Source of the DNA: Acidobacteriota bacterium
GTDB taxonomy: Bacteria > Acidobacteriota > Vicinamibacteria > Vicinamibacterales > UBA2999
Direction: 5' to 3'
NCBI GenBank assembly: GCA_030650395.1
Contig: JAUSDY010000063.1
Coordinates: 6,855 to 70,854, forward strand
Length of the DNA: 64,000 nucleotides
The translations under genes and the position numbers were made by a program. Below are positions 48,405-58,662 of the stretch, piece after piece. Below the pieces are notes generated by a model, which made no database searches, was not told the DNA's origin, and saw nothing but the letters and a program-made list of their open reading frames with translations. Numbering within the stretch: the stretch's first letter is position 1; the number at the start of each line of letters is the position of its first letter.

Positions 48405-49511
48405 CTACCTCCACGGCATGAGGGAGACGTGGATCACGTCGGGGGCACCTTCGCCGCCCACGGACTTGATGGCATGCGCCGTGTCGGCAAGGCCAAAGGT
48501 GTGCGTGGTCACCACCTCCAAAGGGAAGCGGTGCGAGGCCAGTTGCCGCAGGGCAAGCTCGCAGGCCTTGTAGCTATGTCCACGGGCGCTCTTGATGGTG
48601 ATGAACTTGAGGGTGACCTTGGCGATCGGGAAGTTTGGGAACTCGTTCATCTCGCCCTGAACGACCATCGTGCCACCCTTCCGCTTGAGGGCGTCCACGC
48701 CGAGCAGCACGGGCGTGGTGCCGGCCCCGGCCGTGCAATCGAGCACCACGTCCACGCCCTTCCCGCCGGTGATCGCCATGATCCGCGTGAGCGCATCCTC
48801 CTGCTGGACGTCGATGACGTGGTCCGCTCCCAGCTTCTTGGCCACGGCCAGACGGGCGCCATCCTTGGAGGTGCCGGTGACAATAATGAGAGACGCCCCC
48901 GCCTGCTTGCAAATCACGGTCTGCGACAGCCCCTGCTGGCCTGGCCCCTGGATGAGTACGGTGGAGTCGTAGCCGACACCGCCATCGAACAGCGACCATT
49001 CGACGCCGTTGGCCATCGGCGTCGCCAGACCGGCCAGTTCAGGCGTCAGGCCATCCGGCACCTTGTGAATGACCGAATTCCACGGCAGGTAAACGTATTG
49101 GGCAAAGCCACCCCACAAATGGGGAGGCCGTTCTGATGACGTGTAGCCATACCGAATGCCGTCGGGGTTGTCGCGCCAGTCGGTATTGGCGCAGTGCCGG
49201 TACTGGCCCGAGTGGCACCATTCACACTTGCCGCACATTACATAGTGTTCCAAAAACACCAGGTCCCCTTCCTTGAGGCCCTTGCGTTCGGTGAAAGCGC
49301 GGCCCGCCTTGGCGATGTAGCCGATGTTCTCGTGACCCATGATCACCGGAGCGCCCTTGAGGGGCTGCTTGAACATCTTGACGTCGGTGCCACAGATACC
49401 GGCGACCTCCATTTTCAGCAGGGCGCTGTCGTCAGACATCTCGGGCATCGGGAACTCGCGTAACTCGATCTTGCTCGGGCCCACCTTCGCTGCTGCAAGC
49501 ACTTTTTCCAC
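48405..49511 (-). CDS. Zinc-dependent medium-chain dehydrogenase/reductase
   Basis: GTG 49511 preceded by GGAGAG (9-nt spacing); GICGTDV, GHENIGY, CGKCEWC zinc motifs; upstream part of the 467-aa track ORF is not protein-like. Confidence 0.8.
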   Translation of the reverse strand: MEKVLAAAKVGPSKIELREFPMPEMSDDSALLKMEVAGICGTDVKMFKQPLKGAPVIMGHENIGYIAKAGRAFTERKGLKEGDLVFLEHYVMCGKCEWCHSGQYRHCANTDWRDNPDGIRYGYTSSERPPHLWGGFAQYVYLPWNSVIHKVPDGLTPELAGLATPMANGVEWSLFDGGVGYDSTVLIQGPGQQGLSQTVICKQAGASLIIVTGTSKDGARLAVAKKLGADHVIDVQQEDALTRIMAITGGKGVDVVLDCTAGAGTTPVLLGVDALKRKGGTMVVQGEMNEFPNFPIAKVTLKFITIKSARGHSYKACELALRQLASHRFPLEVVTTHTFGLADTAHAIKSVGGEGAPDVIHVSLMPWR

Positions 49512-49623
49512 GGTCGGTTTCTCTCCAAATATCGGCGATGTGTGATGTAGTCTACCGCCAGCGTCCGGCCAAGAAATCTGCCGTTGGCGGCCGCCGGGCA
49601 GTCGGGTGCGCCCAAGGTTCAAT

Positions 49624-52600
49624 ATGACCAACAGATCCCTGACGGTGACTGTCGGAATCCTCGTGATGATACTCGCCCTGGCGCCGGTCGGGTACGCGCA
49701 AGGCACGGGCTCGATTTCCGGAACGATCAAAGACACGACCGACGCAGTGCTGCCAGGTGCCGCCGTGATCATCAAGCAGACCGACACCGGTCTGACGCGC
49801 GAAGTCATCTCGGACGTCCGCGGCCGTTACACCGCGCCCAATCTGCCGCCCGGGCCGTACGAGGTGACGGCTACGCTGACGGGGTTCGGCGCCATGACAC
49901 GAAGCGGCGTGCGCCTGACCGTCGGCCGTGACGCGATCGTTGACCTCGCCCTGACGATTGGCACCCTGCAGGACCAGGTGACGGTGGTCGGCGAAGCGCC
50001 GACGGTCGACACCCGGTCGGCGTCAACCGGCGCCCTGATCAGCCAGGAACAAATTGCTAGCCTCCCGCTCAATGGCCGGAGCTTTATCGAACTCGCGAAC
50101 CTGACACCGGGCGTGCAGCTCACCGATAACGGCGGCCGGAGCACGAGCACGGGATTCGGCGCGAAGCTCAGCGTCAACGGGTCTCGCTATACGGCAAATC
50201 TGTTTACGATCGACGGGACGGCGCTCAACGACCAGTTCAACCAGGCGGGCAGCGCGTCGGGCAACGTGCTCGGCGTCGAAGCGATCGCCGAGTTTCAAGT
50301 GCTGACCAACTCGTTCAGCGCGGAGTTCGGCCGGCACACCGGCGCGGTGGTCAATGCGGTCACCAAGTCTGGAACCAACGCCTTCCGCGGGTCGCTCTTC
50401 GAGTTCCATCGGGGCGACCGGCTCAACTCGCGGGGCTACTTCGATCCGACGGATCGGGCCAAGCCGGACTTCAAACGCAACCAACTCGGCTTCTCGGCGG
50501 GCGGCCCGGTACGCAAGGATCGGCTGTTCGTGTTCGCCACTTACGAAGGCCTGCGCGAGACGCTCGGCACCTCCCGGACCTTCAACGTCTTCTCGGAGGC
50601 GATCCGCGACCGCGCCAGGGCGCAGAACTCGCCCACGCTGCCGTTCATGCTCTCGTATCCCCTGCCGAACGGCCGCGCCATCGACGCCAACCGTGGCCAG
50701 TTCATCCGCCAGGCGAACCGGGAGACGGCGGAGGACTACGCCGTGCTTCGCGCCGACGCCCAGTTGTCGGTAAACCAGTCGGCGTTTGTTCGGTATACGT
50801 ATGACGTCGGTGAGGTCACCAACCCTGTCCGCGTCACCACCGGCGAAAAAGTACGGACGGAAGTCCAGTTCATGACGGCGTCACACCAGTGGATCAAAGG
50901 CAATTCGTTCGTCAATCGCGCGCAGCTCGGGGTGACCCGAAGCAAGCTCGACGGGTTCGACTACGCTTACGACGGCATCGCGCTGCCCCGAACGACATTC
51001 ACCGACATCAACCGCGGCATCGCGGCCATCTCGATCAGCGGCGGCATCGCGCCCTGGGGCGGCAGCACGACGAACCCGAAGATTCACCAGTTCGCGAACT
51101 ACCAGTTCAGCGATGTGGTGACCCTGTCCAAGGGGCTCCACAGCATCCGGGCCGGCGCCCACATGGAGCTGCTGCAGTTCAACCTCACCTCCGACTTCAC
51201 GTCGATGGGGAATTACACGTTCAACTCCGTCACTGACTTCCTGAACGGCGTGCCCCGTACCTTTGACGCCGTCATGCCCGGGTCCGACGCCACGCGCAAC
51301 CTGCGGCAGAAGGTGTTCGGGTTCTTCGTGCAGGACGACATGCAGTTGTCGTCGCGCCTCTCGGTGAACGCCGGCGTCCGCTACGAGCCCACCACCGACA
51401 CGACCGACACGGGCAACCGGCTCGCGCAGCTCATCGACTTCACGGCGCCGACCGCCACGCTGAACGACACCACGAAGGTCAACACCCTGTTCACGAATCC
51501 CTCGCGCAAGACCTTCGCGCCGCGGGCGGGATTCGCCTGGGATGTCACCGGCGGCAGCAAGATGGTGCTGCGCGGGGGCGCGGGCGTTTTCTACGACTTG
51601 ATCACGCTCAATGTGCCCTTCGTGCAGAATACCGCCGTCCGCGTCCCGCCGTTTTTCAATCGCGGCGGGCTGGTCGCGAGCGCCACGGCGCCGATCAACT
51701 TCCCCGAAGCCTACGCCACCCAGTCGGCGCAGCTGGCGGGACAAGCCCAGCTCGAAGGGATCGTCTCCGAACCCGACCAGCCCGTCATGTACAAGTGGAA
51801 TCTCAATGTGCAGCGCGAGCTGACCGGCCGGACGACACTCGAGGTCGGCTACACCGGGACCCGCGGGAAGAACCTCTTCCGGCAGATTTTCACCAATGGC
51901 CGCAACGCCGTGGACGTCAACGGCCGTCTGACGGTGCTACCGAACACGCCGCTCATTCAGCCGGCGTTCGGCCGCATGCGTTACCGCGTCAGCGACGCCG
52001 ATTCCTGGTACAAAGGACTCACCGCCAGCCTCTCCAAGCGGGCCTCCAACCTGTCAACGCAAGTCTCCTACACGTGGTCGAAGTCCGAGGACACCGGCGC
52101 GTCGGCGCTCGGCGGCAACGACTTCGACGGCGAAGGGGCCGGCTCTCGCTACCTCTTCACCCCGGACCGTGGACTGTCTCCGTACGACATCCGCCAGTCT
52201 CTTGTCGCCAGTGTGTCTTATCTCTTGCCGTTCGGACAGGGGGGTACGACCCTGCTCTCGCGGGTGATCCGCGATTGGGAGGTCAGTAGCCTCGTTCGCG
52301 TGCGGAGCGGACAGCCGTTCTCGGTGTTTGTCGGCTACGACCAGAGCCTGCAGGTGTGGTCGCCGGTCTACCCGGACCTCGTTCCGGGCGCCAAGCCCAA
52401 TCCGGTCCTTGGCGGTCCGGAGAAGTACTTCGACCCATTGGCGTTCAGTTTGCCCGCACCCGGAGTCATCGGTAACGCGCCGCGCAACTCGCTCATTGGC
52501 CCGGGTCTGATCACCTGGGATTTGATGACTTCGCGGAACGTGCCCTTCGGTGGGGGCCGCAAGAGCCTGCAACTGCGATTCGAGGTGTTCAACCTGCTCA

Positions 52601-52734
52601 ACCGCGCGAACTTCGGCATTCCGTCGCAGTCACTGTTTGCGGCCAACGGTAGCCGTCTCGCCGACGCCGGCCGCATCACCACGCTCGCATCGGCACCGCG
52701 TCAGGCACAGCTCGGCGTCAAGTTTCAGTGGTAA
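49624..52734 (+). CDS. TonB-dependent receptor with carboxypeptidase-regulatory-like domain (paralogue of 41644..44793)
   Basis: Signal peptide, then SISGTIKDTTDAVLPGAAVIIKQTDTGLTREVISDVRGRYTAPNLPPGPYEV; plug LNGRSFIELANLTPGV; terminus LGVKFQW. Confidence 0.85.
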   Translation: MTNRSLTVTVGILVMILALAPVGYAQGTGSISGTIKDTTDAVLPGAAVIIKQTDTGLTREVISDVRGRYTAPNLPPGPYEVTATLTGFGAMTRSGVRLTVGRDAIVDLALTIGTLQDQVTVVGEAPTVDTRSASTGALISQEQIASLPLNGRSFIELANLTPGVQLTDNGGRSTSTGFGAKLSVNGSRYTANLFTIDGTALNDQFNQAGSASGNVLGVEAIAEFQVLTNSFSAEFGRHTGAVVNAVTKSGTNAFRGSLFEFHRGDRLNSRGYFDPTDRAKPDFKRNQLGFSAGGPVRKDRLFVFATYEGLRETLGTSRTFNVFSEAIRDRARAQNSPTLPFMLSYPLPNGRAIDANRGQFIRQANRETAEDYAVLRADAQLSVNQSAFVRYTYDVGEVTNPVRVTTGEKVRTEVQFMTASHQWIKGNSFVNRAQLGVTRSKLDGFDYAYDGIALPRTTFTDINRGIAAISISGGIAPWGGSTTNPKIHQFANYQFSDVVTLSKGLHSIRAGAHMELLQFNLTSDFTSMGNYTFNSVTDFLNGVPRTFDAVMPGSDATRNLRQKVFGFFVQDDMQLSSRLSVNAGVRYEPTTDTTDTGNRLAQLIDFTAPTATLNDTTKVNTLFTNPSRKTFAPRAGFAWDVTGGSKMVLRGGAGVFYDLITLNVPFVQNTAVRVPPFFNRGGLVASATAPINFPEAYATQSAQLAGQAQLEGIVSEPDQPVMYKWNLNVQRELTGRTTLEVGYTGTRGKNLFRQIFTNGRNAVDVNGRLTVLPNTPLIQPAFGRMRYRVSDADSWYKGLTASLSKRASNLSTQVSYTWSKSEDTGASALGGNDFDGEGAGSRYLFTPDRGLSPYDIRQSLVASVSYLLPFGQGGTTLLSRVIRDWEVSSLVRVRSGQPFSVFVGYDQSLQVWSPVYPDLVPGAKPNPVLGGPEKYFDPLAFSLPAPGVIGNAPRNSLIGPGLITWDLMTSRNVPFGGGRKSLQLRFEVFNLLNRANFGIPSQSLFAANGSRLADAGRITTLASAPRQAQLGVKFQW

Positions 52735-54146
52735 CGGCGCACACCCACGAGACTGCCGGGGGCCCGCGCCCGCGGCAGCTCGCAGGCTTCGTGCTGGCAC
52801 CCCTCGTGTGCCTGGTCCTGTGGTTCCTCCCGACACATGACTCGCCAATCGCCCAGCATGCGCTGGCGATTGCCGGGTTGACGATCGTGCTGTGGATCAC
52901 GGAGGCCGTCGACCACGCCACGGCCGGCTTGATCGGGCTGTTCCTGTTCTGGGCCACGGGACTGGGCAACATCAACCAGGTCTTCTCCGGATTTGCCGGC
53001 GAGACGCCATGGTTCCTGTTGGGCGCGATGCTGATCGGCACCATGGCCGGCAAGTCCGGACTGGCGCAACGCATCGCCTTCGCGGTGATGGCACGGACGG
53101 GCGGTTCCTACTCGCGCCTGCTCTTCGGCTTTATCATCGTCGACTTCCTGCTGACGTTTATCGTCCCGTCGGGCATCGCCCGCGTCACCATTCTCGGCGC
53201 GATTGCCATTGGCGTGGTCGAGGCGTTCAAGGTGGGGCCCCGCAGCAACATTGGCCGCGGCCTCTTCATCATCATCACCTATGCCGCCACCATCTTCGAC
53301 AAGATGCTGATCGCCGGCGCCGCCTCGATTCTTGCGCGCGGCATCATCCAGGATGCCGGCGGCGTGACGGTGCTTTACAGCCTGTGGTTTCTCGCCTACC
53401 TGCCCTGCGACATCATCACCATCGTGAGCTGCTGGCGAATCATCCTCTGGCTCTACCCGCCGGAAAAGCCGGCCATCGACGACAGCCAGCACCTGCAGAA
53501 ACAGTACGACGCGCTCGGCCCCTGGTCGGTGGCCGAAAAAAAATGCGCGGTGTATTTGCTGATTGCCGTCACGTTGTGGATGAGCGACTTTCTGCACCAC
53601 ATCAGCCCGGCGCTGATCGGCATGTCGGTGGGCCTGTTGGGCGTGCTGCCTCGCGTCGGCCTGCTCGATGTGACCGACCTGAAGAAGCTCAACTACTCGG
53701 CCATCTGGTTCACGGCCGCGGCTCTGAGCCTGGCTCGCCTCCTGACCTCGACCAAGGGCCTCGAGGTGCTCACCAACATCGTCACGGCCGTTATCGATCC
53801 GCTCGTGACCGGGCCACTTTCGAGCGCCATCGTGCTCTACTGGACGGCGTTCGCGTATCACTTCTTCCTCGGCAACGAGACGGCGATGCTGAGCACGTCG
53901 TTGCCGGTAATCATGGAATTTGCAAAGGCGCGAAGTCTCGATCCGCTGGCCATTGGCATGATCTGGACCTTTGCGGCCGGCGGCAAGATCTTCATCTACC
54001 AAGGAGCTGTGCTGATTGTTGGATACTCGTTCGGCTACTTTGAAGCCCGCGACATGCTCAAGGTCGGTCTCGCGCTGACCATCGTCGAGTCGCTTATTCT
54101 CCTGCTGCTGGTGCCGTTCTACTGGCCGCTGCTCGGCATTGGTTAG
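52728..54146 (+). CDS. DASS/SLC13-type anion:cation symporter (di/tricarboxylate permease-like)
   Basis: 472 aa, many hydrophobic segments, two-fold internal repeat look; GTG start overlapping the receptor stop. Confidence 0.75.
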   Translation: MVTAHTHETAGGPRPRQLAGFVLAPLVCLVLWFLPTHDSPIAQHALAIAGLTIVLWITEAVDHATAGLIGLFLFWATGLGNINQVFSGFAGETPWFLLGAMLIGTMAGKSGLAQRIAFAVMARTGGSYSRLLFGFIIVDFLLTFIVPSGIARVTILGAIAIGVVEAFKVGPRSNIGRGLFIIITYAATIFDKMLIAGAASILARGIIQDAGGVTVLYSLWFLAYLPCDIITIVSCWRIILWLYPPEKPAIDDSQHLQKQYDALGPWSVAEKKCAVYLLIAVTLWMSDFLHHISPALIGMSVGLLGVLPRVGLLDVTDLKKLNYSAIWFTAAALSLARLLTSTKGLEVLTNIVTAVIDPLVTGPLSSAIVLYWTAFAYHFFLGNETAMLSTSLPVIMEFAKARSLDPLAIGMIWTFAAGGKIFIYQGAVLIVGYSFGYFEARDMLKVGLALTIVESLILLLLVPFYWPLLGIG

Positions 54147-54152
54147 GGTGCG

Positions 54153-55394
54153 ATGGTGACGACATCGAGTGATGTTGGCCGGGCGTTGGTGCCCGTTGTG
54201 GGTGCAGCCGCCGTGCTGCTTGCGCCCATCGAGATGGACGGCCACGCGCGTAGCGCGCTGGCCATCGCCGTGGCGATGGTGTTGTGTTGGGTCGCCGATG
54301 TCCTGCACCCGGCGATTGTCGGATTCGTCGGATGTTTTCTGTTTCGGGCCACGGGGGACGTTGAGTTCGGCACGGCCTTCGGCGGCTTCGGCACCACGAC
54401 GCCCTGGTTTCTGTACGGCACGTTGCTGCTGTTCAGCGCGGCCGATCGATCGGGCCTGATTGGTTGGCTGGGCGCGCACACGCCTCGCCCGCTCCTGCGA
54501 TCGCCGCTGACGGCGGGCCTCGCCCTGATCGCGCTGTCGTACCTGCTGGCCCTCGTCGTCCCGTCGAGCCTCGCGCGGGCAACTCTCGTCTCGATGCTGG
54601 CGGTGGCGTGGGGCCGCCAATCGCTCAACCGGGGAGCCGCCGCAACCGGTGGGCTCGTGTTGACGGCGACCTACAGCGCCGCCATGTTTGGCCACGCGGA
54701 CATGCCGGGCGGTCCGGGCGCCATCATGGGATGGGACGTCGCGGCCGCAGTGGCGTTGCTCGTGGGCCTCGTCTGGTTGTCGACACCGTCGAGCGCCGCC
54801 GCAAGCGCCACGGTCGCGCCGGACGGACTCGCGCCGGTCGCTCTCGACCTGAGGGTGGCGGCACCGGTCGCGATTGCGGCGGGCCTCTGGGCCACCACAC
54901 CCTTCCACGGCATCCCGCCGGCGCTCGTGGGTCTGGGCGCCGGGCTGGTCTGCTGTCTGCCGGGTTTTGCCACGCAAACGGGACAAGGGGCCAACAATCC
55001 GGATCCGCTCGCCATCATCCTTGCGGGCGCCGCGATTTCGATTCCCATGGTGCTCATCGAGACCAAGGCCGTGGACGCCTTGACGCACCTGTGGGTGATG
55101 GGCAATCAGTGGGCGGGCGTGCTGCCGGACAGCCTGGTCGCGTACTGGACTACCACGGCATATCGGCTATTCTCTCCCGATGGCGCTCAGCCGGGGCTTC
55201 CGGCGTTGACCGGACCGGCCGGCGTCCAGGGGTCGGCCGCGACGTGGGCGTACGCAGGTAGCACGATGCTCGCGCTCCATCAATCGCCCGCGCTAATCTT
55301 CGGGCTATCGGTGGCGGGATTTCGCGCGTGGCAGGTTTTGGTCGCCGGGTTGGCAGTGCTGGCCGCAGGTTCAGTCGTCGTGCTGCTGTTCTGA
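54153..55394 (+). CDS. Divergent DASS/SLC13-like permease paralogue
   Basis: 413 aa; same N-terminal pattern (ALAIAVAMVLCWVADVLHPAIVGFVGCFLF...TPWFLYGTLLL) as the upstream permease. Confidence 0.65.
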   Translation: MVTTSSDVGRALVPVVGAAAVLLAPIEMDGHARSALAIAVAMVLCWVADVLHPAIVGFVGCFLFRATGDVEFGTAFGGFGTTTPWFLYGTLLLFSAADRSGLIGWLGAHTPRPLLRSPLTAGLALIALSYLLALVVPSSLARATLVSMLAVAWGRQSLNRGAAATGGLVLTATYSAAMFGHADMPGGPGAIMGWDVAAAVALLVGLVWLSTPSSAAASATVAPDGLAPVALDLRVAAPVAIAAGLWATTPFHGIPPALVGLGAGLVCCLPGFATQTGQGANNPDPLAIILAGAAISIPMVLIETKAVDALTHLWVMGNQWAGVLPDSLVAYWTTTAYRLFSPDGAQPGLPALTGPAGVQGSAATWAYAGSTMLALHQSPALIFGLSVAGFRAWQVLVAGLAVLAAGSVVVLLF

Positions 55395-55420
55395 GTTCAT
55401 TGCTCTGGGGGAAGTCATCC

Positions 55421-56458
55421 ATGAATCCGACTCGAGTGCTCGTCACCGTCCTTGCTTTCTTGGCCTTGCCAGGTGTCCTCAATGGACAGCGCTACGTCAG
55501 ACAGACGGAGTCGATCGACTATGTCCTCACCGTCGAAAATGATTCTGAGGCGGCCGTCAACGCATGGTGGAAACCCTTTCAGCAGACCGCCGCGCGCACG
55601 GGGTACTGCTTCGATCTGCCGACGCTGCCGCTGGTCGACCGGCCTCAGCTTGGCGACAAGGCAGTGATCCTCAAGGCGGGAGGCGTGGGCCAGCTGGTGC
55701 AGCTCATCGAAATTCCGCCCGGAGGTCAAACCAAGTGGCACGGCTACGGGTGGGAAGGCGAAGCGTTGTTCTACGTGCTGTCGGGACGCGGCGAGACCGA
55801 GTTTCGCTCTCCCGGTGGATTGCCGACGAATAAGTACACCTGGAAGAAGAACTCGCTCTTCGCGATTCCGGTCGATCACCAGATGCAGCACCGCAACCTT
55901 GACAAGGCGCAGCCATTGCGCCTGTTGGCGACGACCGGCTACGCCGTCAACATGTATCCCTATGTCGCCGAAGAATTGCGATCCGGCCGGCAGAATCCCG
56001 CGGAGGGTCCCGCGGAGCGTGCAGCGACTCTGTCCCGCACTACCTACCCGGGACACTACGTCGACGATTTGCGCGAACACCCGGTTGCCATGCGTGAGGC
56101 GCGCGGCAACAAGACCGCGTTCTTCAACACCATGGCAACGGCGGGCCATCGCACGCACCCCAACGTCCACATCAGTGAGTTGACGGGGCCGGAGGCGTTC
56201 GCGCACAAGCACGGCAATCAGCCGATGTTCGTGATCCTCAAGGGCAAGGGCTACGACGTCTGGTCCGAGGCCTCAGATCTCAAGGCCTACGAGGCCGCGG
56301 TGAAGGCCAAGCAGGCACAAAGCGCGCCGTACGACGTCGGCACCCTGTGCGGCGTACCGGCGGGCCCGCATTGGCACCAGCACTTCAGTACGGGCACCGA
56401 TCCGCTTCGGTATCTGGCTATCGTGCCGCGCGGCGCCTACGAGGAAAAGCCCCGCTAG
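55421..56458 (+). CDS. Secreted bicupin protein
   Basis: ATG 55421 gives signal peptide MNPTRVLVTVLAFLALPGVLNGQ; two cupin modules, the second with HKH...PAGPHWHQHF metal ligands. Confidence 0.7.
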   Translation: MNPTRVLVTVLAFLALPGVLNGQRYVRQTESIDYVLTVENDSEAAVNAWWKPFQQTAARTGYCFDLPTLPLVDRPQLGDKAVILKAGGVGQLVQLIEIPPGGQTKWHGYGWEGEALFYVLSGRGETEFRSPGGLPTNKYTWKKNSLFAIPVDHQMQHRNLDKAQPLRLLATTGYAVNMYPYVAEELRSGRQNPAEGPAERAATLSRTTYPGHYVDDLREHPVAMREARGNKTAFFNTMATAGHRTHPNVHISELTGPEAFAHKHGNQPMFVILKGKGYDVWSEASDLKAYEAAVKAKQAQSAPYDVGTLCGVPAGPHWHQHFSTGTDPLRYLAIVPRGAYEEKPR

Positions 56459-58662
56459 AAGTCGAGCGAGTACGTCATCTTGATGAGGACGGTGTACTCG
56501 GCCGGCCGGCCGGTGCCGCGATCAGCCGCCCGGTTGACGACGACGAAGACGTCGTCTCCGGGGCGATAGATGTAATTGAGGCGCGCGAAGACGACCTGGC
56601 GTTGCGATGCACTGTCGTATTGCAGGAGCGCGGTCGTGAGCCAGCGGTTCGACAGGTTGATGTTGGCGCGCGTGTTGAGGACGTGAGTGGTGAACGCTCC
56701 CTGGGGCAGCGTGACATCGTTCAACTCGTAGCTGGCTTCGATTGACAGAACGTCGGCGGGCTTGAACGTGGGCGTCACGCGCACGAATTGACGCCGGCCC
56801 GAATAGAACGTGCCGCCGCCGTAGCGGACGCGGCCCGACAGGACGCGTTTGCCTCCGCCTTCGGCCTCGACGAAGTGCTCGCGGTAGTTGTAGTCTCCGC
56901 GCGGCAGCGTGACACCGGTCGCGATCTCGAAAGGACGATCGAGCCGGTCGAAGATGGCCGTCGTATTGACCCGCACGGCATCGTCCGACTGCCAGCGCGA
57001 CGTGGCCTGGACCACTTGATCGCGAGTCTGCAGCCTGCCCCGGGTGTCGGTCAGATAGACCACCTCCGTCCGGACCACGAAGTTGCGGATATCGAGAATG
57101 CCGGGCCGCGGCTGCCAGATGGCCGCCGCGTTGGATCGCTGCATATCGGCGCGGCGTACGAAGCCCAAGTCGTGCTGAAAGTCGGGCCCCACGTAGAGGT
57201 GTTCGACAAACAGCTCGTACTTGTCGGTGAACCAGTTGTACTTGGCCCGGCCGGCGAAGGCATCGCCGCTACGGCCGGGCGTCCAGGCGCGCGCCAGAAA
57301 ACCCTGCAGGTCCGTGTTCTTGAACAGCGTCAACGTGGCGTCCGCGCCGGCGACTCGGTTGTATTCGTCCGGGCTTGATTGCCGGTTCGACAGAAACGCA
57401 CCGATGTTCGAACGGGCCAGCACGTTGCGCTTGACCCTGACGACGGCAGCGTTGCTGCCGCGCGTCCGGCCGACGGCGCCCGTCTGGACCGACAACACGC
57501 CGAGATCGAGGCCTGCGACCCGGCCGACGAGTTTGGCTCCGCCGAGGATCGGTACCGGCCGGCGATCATCGGTGAGACCGATGCGTCGCGAGAAGAACAT
57601 CTGCACATTGCGCTCGAATTGGCCGCCGCGGCGCCCGCCAAGCCCGAACTCGAAGATGCCGGCGCGTTCGAGGAAGAACTCGCGTTTCTCCGGAAAGAAC
57701 AGGGGGAAACGTGTGAGGTTGACCACGGCCTCGTCCACTTCGGTTTGGGCGAAATCCGTGTTGGCCGTGATCTCGGCCGTCAGCGCTGGCGTGAGGCTGA
57801 ACTTCGCCACTTCGAGGCCGACATCCGCAACGCGGGCGCTCGCGCCGCCGGGGTCTCGCCGCATCCCTCCGAGCACGTAGGGCTTGATGCGCAGCTTGAG
57901 ACCGGTCTGAACGCCGTCCACGCCGGTCAGGTGCCCAGCCTGTGACACCTGGAGGAACTGGAAGTCACGATCCCAGGCCGTCCACAGCACTTTTTCGTTC
58001 GTGCGGCGCGTAAATCGCAGGAAGTTCACGCCAAAGGTGTCGAGGTTCTGGTCGGAGCGAAGGGTCGTGAACGGGATCTTGATTTCGGCGGTCCATCCCT
58101 GCGCGGTGACGCGTGTCTCCGACCACCAGCGTTCGTCCCACTCGACGTTGACATCGCGCCCCTCGTCCGTTGTCAGCGCATCGTACTGCGTGCCGAGGGG
58201 ATTGATGGCGAAGTGGTAGCCGTTGCGATGATCGTGAAACGTGTCGAGCACGATCTCGAACCGGTCGTCGTCAATCAACGGATTATCGCGGCGCCGTTCC
58301 CGGGCGGTGACGGGCTTCGCGTCCGCGCAGGTGATGCCGAAGTAGAACGCATCCTCGCCGACCACAACGCGCACCTCGGTGCGCTGGGTAGCCGGGTCAT
58401 TGACGTGCGGCTCCTGCTGAACAAAATCCGTTATCATCTCGGCCTGGTTCCAGACCGCCTCGTCCAGAACGCCATCGACGGTCAGCGCCGCGTTTGTCCG
58501 CGTCGCGCGGGCGGTCTTGGTGAGCGCAGCGGGCGCCTGCGCCTGCGCCGAGACACCGACCAACACGCAGAAGGCCACGAGGGCGGCCGCAAGGGTCGTG
58601 CGACCTCGTTGCTGCTGGCGGCGCTCTGTCTGTCGCTGGCGGGCGTGTGCCTGACGGCCCAC
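56455..58662 (-). CDS. CBM9-like / DUF5916 family outer-membrane protein (paralogue of 4214..6409)
   Basis: TVDGVLDEAVWNQAE...GEDAFYFGITC CBM9-like module; ends ...KMTYSLDF; no ATG near the signal peptide, in-frame GTG at 58662 proposed. Confidence 0.75.
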   Translation of the reverse strand: MGRQAHARQRQTERRQQQRGRTTLAAALVAFCVLVGVSAQAQAPAALTKTARATRTNAALTVDGVLDEAVWNQAEMITDFVQQEPHVNDPATQRTEVRVVVGEDAFYFGITCADAKPVTARERRRDNPLIDDDRFEIVLDTFHDHRNGYHFAINPLGTQYDALTTDEGRDVNVEWDERWWSETRVTAQGWTAEIKIPFTTLRSDQNLDTFGVNFLRFTRRTNEKVLWTAWDRDFQFLQVSQAGHLTGVDGVQTGLKLRIKPYVLGGMRRDPGGASARVADVGLEVAKFSLTPALTAEITANTDFAQTEVDEAVVNLTRFPLFFPEKREFFLERAGIFEFGLGGRRGGQFERNVQMFFSRRIGLTDDRRPVPILGGAKLVGRVAGLDLGVLSVQTGAVGRTRGSNAAVVRVKRNVLARSNIGAFLSNRQSSPDEYNRVAGADATLTLFKNTDLQGFLARAWTPGRSGDAFAGRAKYNWFTDKYELFVEHLYVGPDFQHDLGFVRRADMQRSNAAAIWQPRPGILDIRNFVVRTEVVYLTDTRGRLQTRDQVVQATSRWQSDDAVRVNTTAIFDRLDRPFEIATGVTLPRGDYNYREHFVEAEGGGKRVLSGRVRYGGGTFYSGRRQFVRVTPTFKPADVLSIEASYELNDVTLPQGAFTTHVLNTRANINLSNRWLTTALLQYDSASQRQVVFARLNYIYRPGDDVFVVVNRAADRGTGRPAEYTVLIKMTYSLDF

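Noticed and set aside
52725-55088. 787-aa minus-strand ORF
   Set aside because: Arg/His/Gln-rich shadow across two plus-strand membrane transporter genes whose hydrophobic segment pattern is convincing.
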